Source: Chloroflexota bacterium (GTDB taxonomy: Bacteria > Chloroflexota > Limnocylindria > Limnocylindrales > CSP1-4). From it: a stretch of DNA of 64,000 nucleotides. A program made the position numbers and the translations under genes. The notes beneath the pieces are model-generated. The model did not search any database and was not told the origin of the DNA. It saw only the letters and a program-made list of their open reading frames with translations. The stretch is from positions 18,758-82,757 of the forward strand of contig JAHBUZ010000011.1 in NCBI GenBank assembly GCA_019637815.1. Direction: 5' to 3'. This document shows, piece by piece, positions 53,533-62,468 of the stretch (its first letter is position 1; every line of letters begins with the position of its first letter).

Positions 53533-54344
53533 ACCGGCCACGGACCCTGGAGGAGGCACGCACCATGGTGAAGGCGATGCGCGAGACGGCGGAGCGGGCA
53601 CCCGATGGTCTCGCGGACGCGGTGCTCGCGGAGCTGGGCATGGCCGATGGCTATGCGGAGGTGGACGGGCCGGTCGACCGGCTGTACGTCGCGTGGGGCC
53701 CCGACGGCGTCACGGCAGTGGAGCGCGTGGGCGATCCCATGGGCTTCGAGACGGAGGTCCAGCTGCGCACCGGTCGACCCGTCCGGCGCATGGAGCGACT
53801 GCCGGCGCGCCTGGCGCGACAGGTCGACCGCCAGCTCGCCGGTGACCGGCAGCGGGACCTGCCCGTGGACCTCGGCACGCTCACCTCGTTCGAGCAGCAG
53901 GTGCTCCGGACGGTCATGGGCATCCCGTGGGGCGAGGTCCGCTCCTACGCGTGGGTGGCTCGGGAGATCGGTCGGCCACGGGCGGTGCGGGCCGTGGGCT
54001 CGGCGCTCGCCGGCAACCCCATCCCGTTCGTCATCCCCTGCCACCGGGTGGTCCGCACGGACGGCCACATCGGTGAGTACGGGGCCGGTGGCCCGGAGGC
54101 GAAGCGGGAGGTGCTGCGCACGGAGGGCATCGACCCTGACGAGCTGGAGGCGCTCGCCGACCGGGGCATCCGCTATCTGGGCAGCGACACCACGGGCATC
54201 TATTGCTGGCCCTCGTGCCACCACGCGCGCCGCATCACCGACGCCCATCGCGTGACCTTCCGGACCGCGGAGCAGGCACGCGTCTCGGGGTTCCGGCCAT
54301 GCACCGCGTGTCGGCCCCTGGAAGGGGCCGTGTTCGCGGCCTGA
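53529..54344 (+). CDS. O6-alkylguanine-DNA alkyltransferase (Ogt/MGMT) fused to a C-terminal Ada-type zinc-finger (methylphosphotriester-sensing) domain
   Basis: The ATG overlaps the sigma-factor stop by ATGA. The MGMT DNA-binding domain has the PCHRV active site (NPIPFVIPCHRVV). The C-terminus TGIYCWPSC...GFRPCTACRP matches the Ada N-terminal Zn-binding Cys4 motif. Confidence 0.7.
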   Translation: MNRPRTLEEARTMVKAMRETAERAPDGLADAVLAELGMADGYAEVDGPVDRLYVAWGPDGVTAVERVGDPMGFETEVQLRTGRPVRRMERLPARLARQVDRQLAGDRQRDLPVDLGTLTSFEQQVLRTVMGIPWGEVRSYAWVAREIGRPRAVRAVGSALAGNPIPFVIPCHRVVRTDGHIGEYGAGGPEAKREVLRTEGIDPDELEALADRGIRYLGSDTTGIYCWPSCHHARRITDAHRVTFRTAEQARVSGFRPCTACRPLEGAVFAA

Positions 54345-54412
54345 TCCGTCCGTCGAGCCCAGCGATCGGCCGGGCGATCGGCCGACCACCGTCGGTCGAC
54401 CGATGCCGTCGG

Positions 54413-55264
54413 TCAGGCGGGTCGCCGGGCGACCACCGAGACGAGCGGTGTGCGCCAGTGGAAGGCCTCGGGAGGCAACGCTGACAGGCGACGCTGGGCG
54501 ATGTCCACGAGTCGATGGGCGTCCTCGTCGGACAGCCATCGGAAGAGCGCCGTCTCGTCGTAGCGGATCTTGAACGCCAGGTAGCTCGCCAGCGTCCAGT
54601 CGAACGCGAGCGTGGTCTCGCGGGCGCTCACGCGCACGAACCCGGCGCGTCGGACCTCGTCCGCGGCGCTCCGGACGCTCCGCAGGTCACCCGCGACCGG
54701 CGCCTCGTCCTCGGCTGGCTCCGGCTCCTCGACACCCAGGTCCAGGACCGCCTCATCGAACTCCTCGGCGGGCGGGAACGGCTCGCCCCGGTCGAGCCAT
54801 GTGATGAACGCGAGCTGGCCACCCGGTCGGAGGACGCGCCGCGCCTCGGCGAGCGCGGCAGGTCGGTCGGGCACCAGCTGGAGCGCGAAGGAGCTGACCA
54901 CGAGGTCGACGGACGCGTCCGGGATCGGCATCGCCGCGGCGGGGGCCGTGATCCAGCGCACCCGGTCGTCATCCAGGGCCGCACGCTCGGCGCGCCGCGC
55001 CGCCATCCCCAGCATGCCCCGCGACGGGTCGACGCCCAGCACGAGGGCGTCGGGCCAGCGCGCCGCGGCATCGATGGCCAGCACCCCCGAGCCGGTCCCC
55101 ACGTCCGCGACGATGGGTCGTGTCGACGGGTGGCTCGCGATCGGCGCGCCGACCCGGTCGAGCAGCCCGCGGGCGCTCGCATCGAGCACCGGCGCCCACC
55201 AAGTCTCGTAGTCCTCGGCATCGTGGTCGTATCGCTCGACGAGCGTGCACACGGTCGTATCCAT
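54413..55264 (-). CDS. class I SAM-dependent methyltransferase
   Basis: Motif I (VADVGTGSGVLA), post-I acidic residue and motif II (LRPGGQLAF). Confidence 0.75.
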   Translation of the reverse strand: MDTTVCTLVERYDHDAEDYETWWAPVLDASARGLLDRVGAPIASHPSTRPIVADVGTGSGVLAIDAAARWPDALVLGVDPSRGMLGMAARRAERAALDDDRVRWITAPAAAMPIPDASVDLVVSSFALQLVPDRPAALAEARRVLRPGGQLAFITWLDRGEPFPPAEEFDEAVLDLGVEEPEPAEDEAPVAGDLRSVRSAADEVRRAGFVRVSARETTLAFDWTLASYLAFKIRYDETALFRWLSDEDAHRLVDIAQRRLSALPPEAFHWRTPLVSVVARRPA

Positions 55265-55296
55265 GGATCCGGACCCGGACGGCCGAGCCGGGACGA

Positions 55297-57681
55297 CTAC
55301 TTCTTCGGCCTGCCCACGAGGTGGTAGATACCGCCACCCTGCGAGAGCACGTACAGCTCGCCCTCGTCATCCTCGCCCATGGACACGAACAGTGAGTCGT
55401 TCTTGCGGATCAGGCGCTTGATGGGGAGGTTCGCGCCCGGCTTGGCCTTGCTCGCGTCGATGGCATAGATGCTCTTGGAGCAGTAGTCGGTGAACAGGTA
55501 GGCGCCCTCGAGGAGCGGTGACTGGGTGCCACGGTAGACGTAGCCGCCGATCACCGAGCAGCCCTTCGCGCCGTGCTGGTACTCCGCGACGGGCATGGTC
55601 ATGCCCCTCGTGGAGCAGTTGGCGTTCCGATGACAACGCGATCCTTCCAGCACGGACCAGCCGAAGTTGGCACCGCCCTTGCCGGCACGCTGGATGTCGA
55701 TCTCCTCGATGCGGTCCTGGCCGACATCGCCGATCCAGAGGTCACCCGTCTTGCGGTCGAAGCTCGCTCGCCACGGGTTGCGCAGGCCATAGTTCCAGAG
55801 CTCCTTGCGGCCGCCGCCGTCCCGGAACGGGTTGTCCCGCGGGATCGAATAGGGGTTCCCCCGGTCGACGTCGATGCGCAGGATGCTGCCGAACAGGTCG
55901 TTGCGGTCCTGGCCGTTGCCGAACGGGTCCCCCGGTGAGTTGCCACCACCATCACCCGATGCGATGTACAGGTAGCCGTCCGGCCCGAACCCGATCCAGC
56001 CGCCGTTGTGGTTCCACTCCGGCCGCGCGAAGTCGAGCAGCGTCCGGCCCGATCCCGCCCCGACCTCTCGACCGACCCTGCGCTGCCGGTACTCCACGAT
56101 GCGCGTGTTGCCGGCAGGCGTGTTGTAGTGGACGTAGAACTTGCCGTTCCGCGCGAACCTGGGATGGAACGCCAGGCCCAGGAGACCCCGTTCACTGCGC
56201 TCCTGCATGCCCACCCGACCCCGCAGGTCCAGGAGGGTGCCGCGCGTCCGGCCCCGCTTGTCCATGATCCGGATGAGACCGTTCCGCTGGACCACGTACA
56301 GCCGTCCCTCGCCCGTGCCGTCACCGGTCAGGTAGATGGGGAACGCGTTGAGGCCCAGGTCGGCCACCGGCTCGAGTCGCAGCCTGACCTTGCCGGCGCG
56401 GAAGCCGGTCGACCCCGTGCCCGGCGATCGCGTGGGCGCAGGGCTCGTCGCCGGGGAAACGGATGGTTCGGGCGATGCCGGCGGCTCGGTCGGCTCGACC
56501 CCGGTGATGGTGGCCGTGACCCGCAGGATCCGCCCGCCGAGATCCACCGCGTACAGCTCGCCCGCCTCGTCCTCGCCGAAGGCGGACAGGCTCCCCTCCA
56601 TCTGCCCCACGAGCTCCGGGGTGGCCGTCCCGCTCGCCACCGCGTCCGCGGCGGACAGCAGCCACAGCTTGCCGGAGCAGTAGTCACCGTAGATGTAGGC
56701 GCCATCCAGACCCGGCAGGGCCGTGCCGCGATAGACATGGCCACCCACGATGGTGCAGTCATCCCCGCTCGCATGGCTGTAGGCGGCGACCGGCAGCGTG
56801 AGCCCGGTGCGGTCGCACTCGCTCGCCTCGTAGCAGTCGGGGCCCTCCATGATCGACCAGCCGAAGTCCAGGCCCCCCTGGCCTGCCGGCAGCACGTCCA
56901 CCTCTTCCCAGGCGCCCTGGCCGACGTCCCCGATGAACACATCGCCGGTCGTCCGGTCCACGCTGAAGCGCCACGGGTTGCGCAGGCCGGAGGCCCGGAT
57001 CTCGGGGCGCGCGTCGGGGCCCAGGCGCGCCTCCGGGTCGTTCACGGGGATGCCGTAGGGGTCGCCGCTGTCCACGTCGATGCGCAGCAGCTTGCCCAGC
57101 AGCTGGGTGTCGTCCTGGCCGTTGCCCTGCGGGTCGCCGCCACCGCCGCCGTCACCGGTGCCGATGAGCAGCATCCCCTCATGGTCGAAGGCGAGCATGC
57201 CCCCGTTGTGGTTGCCCGCGAAGTCCGGCATCTCGAGCAGGATCCGCTCCGACGCGGGATCGGCGACGCCATCCGCGGCATGGAGCTCACTGACCACCTG
57301 GACGGCGCCGCCCTGGCCGGTGTAGTAGGCGAACAGGCGGCCGTTGGTGGCATGGTCTGGGTGGAAGGCGAGGCCCAGCAGACCCTGCTCGCCACCCGAG
57401 GTGACACGATCGGTGATGTCCAGGAAGGGCGTCGGTGACACGCTGCCGTCAGGCGCGATCGCCCGGATCGTGCCGCCCTGCTCCACCGCGTACAGGGTGC
57501 CCGATCCCGTCCCGTCCGGCACCAGCGCGACCGGGGCCGCGAGGCCCTCCGCGAACGGCTCGAGACCCAGGGTCACGGTGCCCGGCACATAGCCGGGGGT
57601 GGTGTCCGGTGTCTGCGCGGTGGCCGCCACCGCGGGCAGGCTCAGGACGACGGCGATGAGGAGCGAGATGGTTCGGCGCAC
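55297..57681 (-). CDS. secreted tandem-duplicated PQQ-dependent soluble sugar (glucose/sorbosone) dehydrogenase-like beta-propeller protein
   Basis: Two GSDH-like halves (repeated blocks GLLGLAFHP, NHNGG, GDGG, GLRNPWR, DVGQ) separated by a Pro/Ser/Thr linker. The GTG start at 57681 gives an ideal signal peptide (RRTISLLIAVVLSLPAVAATAQT). The longer track ORF would overlap aceE. Confidence 0.7.
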   Translation of the reverse strand: MRRTISLLIAVVLSLPAVAATAQTPDTTPGYVPGTVTLGLEPFAEGLAAPVALVPDGTGSGTLYAVEQGGTIRAIAPDGSVSPTPFLDITDRVTSGGEQGLLGLAFHPDHATNGRLFAYYTGQGGAVQVVSELHAADGVADPASERILLEMPDFAGNHNGGMLAFDHEGMLLIGTGDGGGGGDPQGNGQDDTQLLGKLLRIDVDSGDPYGIPVNDPEARLGPDARPEIRASGLRNPWRFSVDRTTGDVFIGDVGQGAWEEVDVLPAGQGGLDFGWSIMEGPDCYEASECDRTGLTLPVAAYSHASGDDCTIVGGHVYRGTALPGLDGAYIYGDYCSGKLWLLSAADAVASGTATPELVGQMEGSLSAFGEDEAGELYAVDLGGRILRVTATITGVEPTEPPASPEPSVSPATSPAPTRSPGTGSTGFRAGKVRLRLEPVADLGLNAFPIYLTGDGTGEGRLYVVQRNGLIRIMDKRGRTRGTLLDLRGRVGMQERSERGLLGLAFHPRFARNGKFYVHYNTPAGNTRIVEYRQRRVGREVGAGSGRTLLDFARPEWNHNGGWIGFGPDGYLYIASGDGGGNSPGDPFGNGQDRNDLFGSILRIDVDRGNPYSIPRDNPFRDGGGRKELWNYGLRNPWRASFDRKTGDLWIGDVGQDRIEEIDIQRAGKGGANFGWSVLEGSRCHRNANCSTRGMTMPVAEYQHGAKGCSVIGGYVYRGTQSPLLEGAYLFTDYCSKSIYAIDASKAKPGANLPIKRLIRKNDSLFVSMGEDDEGELYVLSQGGGIYHLVGRPKK

Positions 57682-57742
57682 CGCGACAGGATAGCCCAGG
57701 ACCGGCCGGGGACCCCGGACGGGACCTGCGTGGGAGGGGTCG

Positions 57743-60448
57743 TCAGTGCTCCAGCGCGAAGGGCGCATCCGGGTCCACACCGAGCGTCCGGATGGCATCC
57801 CGTGCCTCCTCCGCCGGCAGCCCGCCGCAACGTGCGAGGCCCGCCAGGGTGGCGGCCACGATGTGCTCCGTATCGACGCCGAAGAAGCGTCGGAGCGCCT
57901 CGCGCGTGTCGCTGCGCCCGAACCCATCGGTGCCCAGGCTGGTCCATGCCTCCGGCGCGACCCAGCGGCTGACCATGTCCGGCCACGCCCGGATCCAGTC
58001 GCTGACCGCGATCACGGGACCGCGCCCGGCCGGCTCGGCGAGGAGCTGCGCGACCACCGGGACGCGCCGCGGCTCACCCGGATGGAGCAGGTTCCAGTGC
58101 TCCGCCGCGAGCGCCTCGTTGCGCAGCAGCTGGTAGGACGTGGCGCTCCAGATGTCCGCCGCGACGCCGAAGCGCTCGGCCAGGACGGTCTGGGCACGCA
58201 GCGCCTGCTGCATGATCGACCCACCCGACAGGATGGTGGCGCGAGGTGCGTTGGCGGGCAGCCCGCTCGCCTCGCGGAAGCGGTAGAGACCACGCACGAT
58301 GTCCGCGTCCGTGACCCCGTCGGGCCGGGCGGGCATCACGTGGTTCTCGTTGTACAGCGCGAGGTAGTACAGCAGGTCCTCCGGCTGGTCCCCGTACATC
58401 CGCTCGATGCCGTCGTGGATGATGGCCGCGGTCTCGTACGCGAAGGCCGGGTCATAGGCGCGCATCGTGGGGATGGTCGAGGCGAGGACCAGGCTGTGAC
58501 CGTCCTCGTGCTGGAGCCCTTCCCCATTGAGCGTCGTGCGACCGGCCGTCCCGCCAAGCAGGAAGCCACGGGCACGTGCGTCCGCCAGCAACCAGATCTG
58601 GTCGCCCGTCCGCTGGAAGCCGAACATGGAATAGAAGATGTAGAACGGGATCATCGGTTCCGCGTGGGTCGCGTACGAGGTGCTGGCGGCCTGGAGCGAT
58701 GCGGTGGATCCCGCCTCGGTGATGCCCTCCTCGAGCACCTGGCCGTCGGTCGCCTCCCGGTAGGACAGCACCAGGTTGGAGTCCACGGGCTCGTAGCGCT
58801 GCCCCAGCGGCGCGTAGATGCCCACCTCCTTGAACAGGGGGTCGAGGCCGAACGTGCGTGCCTCGTCCGGGATGATGGGCACCACGCGCTTGCCCACGCC
58901 CGGGTCGCGGATGAGATCACGCAGGAGCCGTGCGAAGGCCATCGTGGTGGACGCCTCCTGCGTCCCCGACCCGGCGTCGAAGGCACCGAACACCTTGGCG
59001 GGCGGCAACTCCAGCGGGCTGGACACCACCACCCGACGGGGGGTCGGGCCACCAAGGGCGGCGCGCCGCTCCAGCAGGTAGCGGATCTCCGGGGCGTCGT
59101 CGGCGGGCCGGTAGTACGGCGCCTCCTTGAGCTGCGCATCGGGGATGGGCAGCTGGAGCCGATCGCGGAAGACGCGCAGCTCCTGCTCGTTGAGCTTCTT
59201 GGCCTGGTGGGTGATGTTGCGTGCCTCGATGCCCGGACCGAGCATCCAGCCCTTGACGGTCTGGGCGAGGATCACCGTCGGTCGACCCTGTTCCTGGGTC
59301 GCCGCCCGATACGCCGCGTACAGCTTCCGGTAGTCGTGGCCGCCCCGCCGGAGCGACTTGATCTGGTCGTCCGTGAGATCCTCGACGAGCGACAGCAGCC
59401 GCGGGTCCCGGCCGAAGAAGTGCTCCCGGATGTACGCCCCCGATTCGACGGTGTACTTCTGGGATTCGCCATCGAGGACGTCACCCATGCGCTGCACGAG
59501 CACGCCGTCCACGTCCCGCGCCAGGAGCGCATCCCACTCGCGACCCCAGATCACCTTGATGACGTTCCAGCCGGCGCCCCGGAAGATCGACTCCAGCTCC
59601 TGGACGATCTTGCCGTTGCCGCGGACCGGGCCATCGAGCCGCTGGAGGTTGCAGTTGACGACGAAGGTCAGGTTGTCCAGCTGGTCGCGGGCCGCCAGCG
59701 AGAGCGCGCCGGTCGACTCCGGCTCGTCCATCTCGCCATCGCCCAGGAACGCCCAGACCCGGCTGCCACTGGTGTCCTTGATGCCCCGCTGGTGGAGATA
59801 GCGGTTGAAGCGTGCTTGGTAGATGGCCGCCAGGGGCCCGAGCCCCATCGAGACCGTGGGGAACTCCCAGAAGTCGGGCATGAGGCGGGGGTGCGGGTAC
59901 GAGCTGAGCCCTTCGCCCGGCACCACCTCCTGGCGGAAGTGGTCGAGCTGGTCCTCCGTGAGCCGACCCTCCAGGAAGGCGCGCGCATAGATGCCGGGTG
60001 CTGCGTGGCCCTGGAAGAAGACCTGGTCGCCCATGCCGGGTGCGTCCTTGCCCCGGAAAAAGTGGTTGAAACCGACCTCGTACAGGCTCGCCGCGCTCGC
60101 GTAGGTCGCGAGGTGGCCACCGATGCCCGGCGAGACCGCGTTGGCCCGCAGGACCATGGCCACCGCGTTCCAGCGGACCATGCGTCGGATGCGCAGCTCC
60201 ATCTCCTCGTCACCCGGGAACAGTGGCTCCTGCTCGGGCGAGATGGTGTTGATGTAGCGCGTCTGGGTGAGCGCGGGCAGGCCGATGTCCAGCTGTCGCG
60301 CCCGCTTGAGCAGGCGGTACAGCACGAACCGGGCACGGCCGATGCCGTCGTTCTGGACGAGGGACTCGAGCGAGGCGATCCAGTCCTCGGTCTCGGCAGG
60401 GTCGCGGTCAGGGAGCTGCCGCTTGAAGTCGGCGTCGTGGTCGATCAT
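57743..60448 (-). CDS. aceE: pyruvate dehydrogenase E1 component, homodimeric type
   Basis: About 900 aa with strong similarity to AceE throughout (MIDHDADFKRQLPDRDPAETEDWIASLESL...). ATG at 60448. Confidence 0.9.
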   Translation of the reverse strand: MIDHDADFKRQLPDRDPAETEDWIASLESLVQNDGIGRARFVLYRLLKRARQLDIGLPALTQTRYINTISPEQEPLFPGDEEMELRIRRMVRWNAVAMVLRANAVSPGIGGHLATYASAASLYEVGFNHFFRGKDAPGMGDQVFFQGHAAPGIYARAFLEGRLTEDQLDHFRQEVVPGEGLSSYPHPRLMPDFWEFPTVSMGLGPLAAIYQARFNRYLHQRGIKDTSGSRVWAFLGDGEMDEPESTGALSLAARDQLDNLTFVVNCNLQRLDGPVRGNGKIVQELESIFRGAGWNVIKVIWGREWDALLARDVDGVLVQRMGDVLDGESQKYTVESGAYIREHFFGRDPRLLSLVEDLTDDQIKSLRRGGHDYRKLYAAYRAATQEQGRPTVILAQTVKGWMLGPGIEARNITHQAKKLNEQELRVFRDRLQLPIPDAQLKEAPYYRPADDAPEIRYLLERRAALGGPTPRRVVVSSPLELPPAKVFGAFDAGSGTQEASTTMAFARLLRDLIRDPGVGKRVVPIIPDEARTFGLDPLFKEVGIYAPLGQRYEPVDSNLVLSYREATDGQVLEEGITEAGSTASLQAASTSYATHAEPMIPFYIFYSMFGFQRTGDQIWLLADARARGFLLGGTAGRTTLNGEGLQHEDGHSLVLASTIPTMRAYDPAFAYETAAIIHDGIERMYGDQPEDLLYYLALYNENHVMPARPDGVTDADIVRGLYRFREASGLPANAPRATILSGGSIMQQALRAQTVLAERFGVAADIWSATSYQLLRNEALAAEHWNLLHPGEPRRVPVVAQLLAEPAGRGPVIAVSDWIRAWPDMVSRWVAPEAWTSLGTDGFGRSDTREALRRFFGVDTEHIVAATLAGLARCGGLPAEEARDAIRTLGVDPDAPFALEH

Positions 60449-60491
60449 GTCGGCCGATAGTCTAGGGCCGAGGCGCGTTGCGGGCTGGTTT

Positions 60492-60506
60492 CGATCACGG
60501 TGATCG
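60492..60506. promoter_or_regulatory. perfect 15-bp palindrome CGATCACgGTGATCG in the aceE-ppgK divergent region
   Basis: Lies within the 155-nt divergent intergenic region. Additional CGATC repeats follow downstream. Confidence 0.3.
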
Positions 60507-60603
60507 ACGGGACCGATCGCAACGCCATGCCTCGATCGGCGGAGGACCAGCCTGGCGCGGCTGGCGGACGACGCCACCCGGTCCACGTCGTATCCTCCGC
60601 GCC

Positions 60604-61542
60604 ATGGCTGATGCAGGAGCGGAACGCAAGCGGACACGTCGTCGGGTGGTGGCCCTGGACCCGAACGCCGACCCCGGCGCGGACCCGGCCATGCCCGACC
60701 CGGACCAGCGACTCTCCGGCCTGGCCATCGGCATCGACGTGGGCGGCACGGGTGTCAAGGCGGCGCTCGTCGACCTCGCGACGGCGAAGCTCGTGAGTCC
60801 GCGGGTGCGTGAGAAGACGCCCCAGCCATCGACCCCGGAGGCGGTGGCCGTGACCATCGCGTCGGTCGTGCGCCGGACGCTGGAGGGCATCGAGGTGCCC
60901 GAGGTGGTGCCGGTGGGCTGCGGCCTGCCGGGCATCGTCAAGGCGGGACGTCTCGCGAGCGCCGCGAACATCGACCCGGGCTGGGTCGGCTGGCCGGCGA
61001 CGGAGAACATCGGCGCGGCGGTCGGCCGGCCGGTCCACATCGTCAACGACGCCGACGCGGCCGGGCTCGCCGAGCTGGCCTTCGGGGCGGCACGAGGCCG
61101 GGACGGCACGGTGCTGCTCCTGACCCTGGGCACGGGCATCGGCAGCGCCCTGTTCGTGGACGGTCGGCTGGTCCCCAACACCGAGTTCGGGCACCTGGAG
61201 TTCCACGGCCAGGATGCCGAGACCCTCATCAGCGGGGCGGCGCGGGAGCGACGCGGACTCGGCTGGAAGGCGTGGGCGAAGCAGTTCAACCTGTATCTCG
61301 CTCGGGTCGAGCTCTACTTCTCGCCGGACCTCATCATCTTCGGCGGGGGGGTCAGCAAGGAGTGGGCCAAGTGGGGCAAGCTCATCAAGACCCGCTGTGA
61401 GGTCGTGACCGCGACCTTCCTCAACACCTCGGGCATCATCGGCGCGGCATACGCGGCGGGCGCACAGGCTCGCACCGAGGCACAGGTCCGTCCCGAGGCC
61501 CCGGTCCGCCCCGAGGCCCCGGCCATCGACCAGGGCGCCTGA
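60604..61542 (+). CDS. ppgK: ROK-family polyphosphate/ATP glucokinase
   Basis: Motifs GIDVGGTGVKAALVDL and KTPQPSTP, with a ROK-family core. Start is ATG 60604 (alternative 60682). The earlier part of the track ORF is a likely noncoding extension. Confidence 0.75.
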   Translation: MADAGAERKRTRRRVVALDPNADPGADPAMPDPDQRLSGLAIGIDVGGTGVKAALVDLATAKLVSPRVREKTPQPSTPEAVAVTIASVVRRTLEGIEVPEVVPVGCGLPGIVKAGRLASAANIDPGWVGWPATENIGAAVGRPVHIVNDADAAGLAELAFGAARGRDGTVLLLTLGTGIGSALFVDGRLVPNTEFGHLEFHGQDAETLISGAARERRGLGWKAWAKQFNLYLARVELYFSPDLIIFGGGVSKEWAKWGKLIKTRCEVVTATFLNTSGIIGAAYAAGAQARTEAQVRPEAPVRPEAPAIDQGA

Positions 61543-61550
61543 GCTCGCGC

Positions 61551-62438
61551 ATGGGCGTCCAGCTCCATCTCCTGGACGCCACGTACGAGTTGTTCCGCGC
61601 GCACTTCGGCCGGCCGCCCCATGCCGCCGCGGACGGCACTCCCGTGGGAGCCACGGTGGGGGTCATCGAGAGCACCCTGTCACTGCTGCGCGAGGACGGC
61701 GTCACGCACCTCGGCTGTGCCACGGACCACGTCATCCGCTCGTGGCGCAACGACCGGTTCGCCGGGTACAAGACGGACGAAGGCATGCCACCAGAGCTGC
61801 TCGCCCAGTTCCCCCTCGCGGAGGAGGCGCTCGCCGCGCTGGGTGTGGTGCTGTGGCCGATGGTCGAGTTCGAGGCCGATGACGCGCTGGGGGCCGCAGC
61901 GGCACGGTTCGCTGACGATCCCGCGGTCGAGCGGGTGGTCATCCTGTCACCGGACAAGGACATGGCCCAGTGCGTGCGCGAGGATGGCCGGGTGGTGACC
62001 TACGACCGGCGCAAGCGGGCGTTCATGGACGCGGACGGCGTGCGTGCCAAGTTCGGCGTGTCGCCAGCGAGCATTCCCGACTTCCTGGCCCTCGTAGGCG
62101 ACTCCTCCGATGGCTATCCCGGGGTGCCCGGCTGGGGTGCCGTGTCCACGGCCGCGGTCCTGCATCGATATCCGCATCTCGAGGACATCCCGGACACGAT
62201 CGCGCGCTGGGACGTCACGGTGCGGGGTGGTGCCAGCCTCGCGACCTCGTTGCGCGAACGACGCGACGAGGCGCTGCTCTACCGGGAGTTGGCACGGCTC
62301 AGCCTGGACGCACCGATCCCCCAGCGGTCCGTGGAGGAGCTGCGCTGGCAGGGTGTGCCACGCGGACCGTTCGAGGCGCTGGTGGAGCGGCTCGCGGCAC
62401 CGTCGCTGCTGGGTCGCGTGCCCCGCTGGCGCGACTGA
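61551..62438 (+). CDS. 5'-3' exonuclease (FEN/Pol I N-terminal-domain family)
   Basis: Motifs LLDATYELFRAHF, FEADDALG and VGDSSDGYPGVPGWG (the H3TH motif). Confidence 0.75.
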   Translation: MGVQLHLLDATYELFRAHFGRPPHAAADGTPVGATVGVIESTLSLLREDGVTHLGCATDHVIRSWRNDRFAGYKTDEGMPPELLAQFPLAEEALAALGVVLWPMVEFEADDALGAAAARFADDPAVERVVILSPDKDMAQCVREDGRVVTYDRRKRAFMDADGVRAKFGVSPASIPDFLALVGDSSDGYPGVPGWGAVSTAAVLHRYPHLEDIPDTIARWDVTVRGGASLATSLRERRDEALLYRELARLSLDAPIPQRSVEELRWQGVPRGPFEALVERLAAPSLLGRVPRWRD

Positions 62439-62468
62439 TCGGGCCGGTCCAGCCCGATCGACACGCGG

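Noticed and set aside
60478-60603. N-terminal 42 codons of the track ORF preceding ppgK
   Set aside because: Homology to polyphosphate glucokinase begins only at the downstream ATG (60604). The upstream stretch contains the intergenic palindrome and is more likely noncoding promoter DNA.
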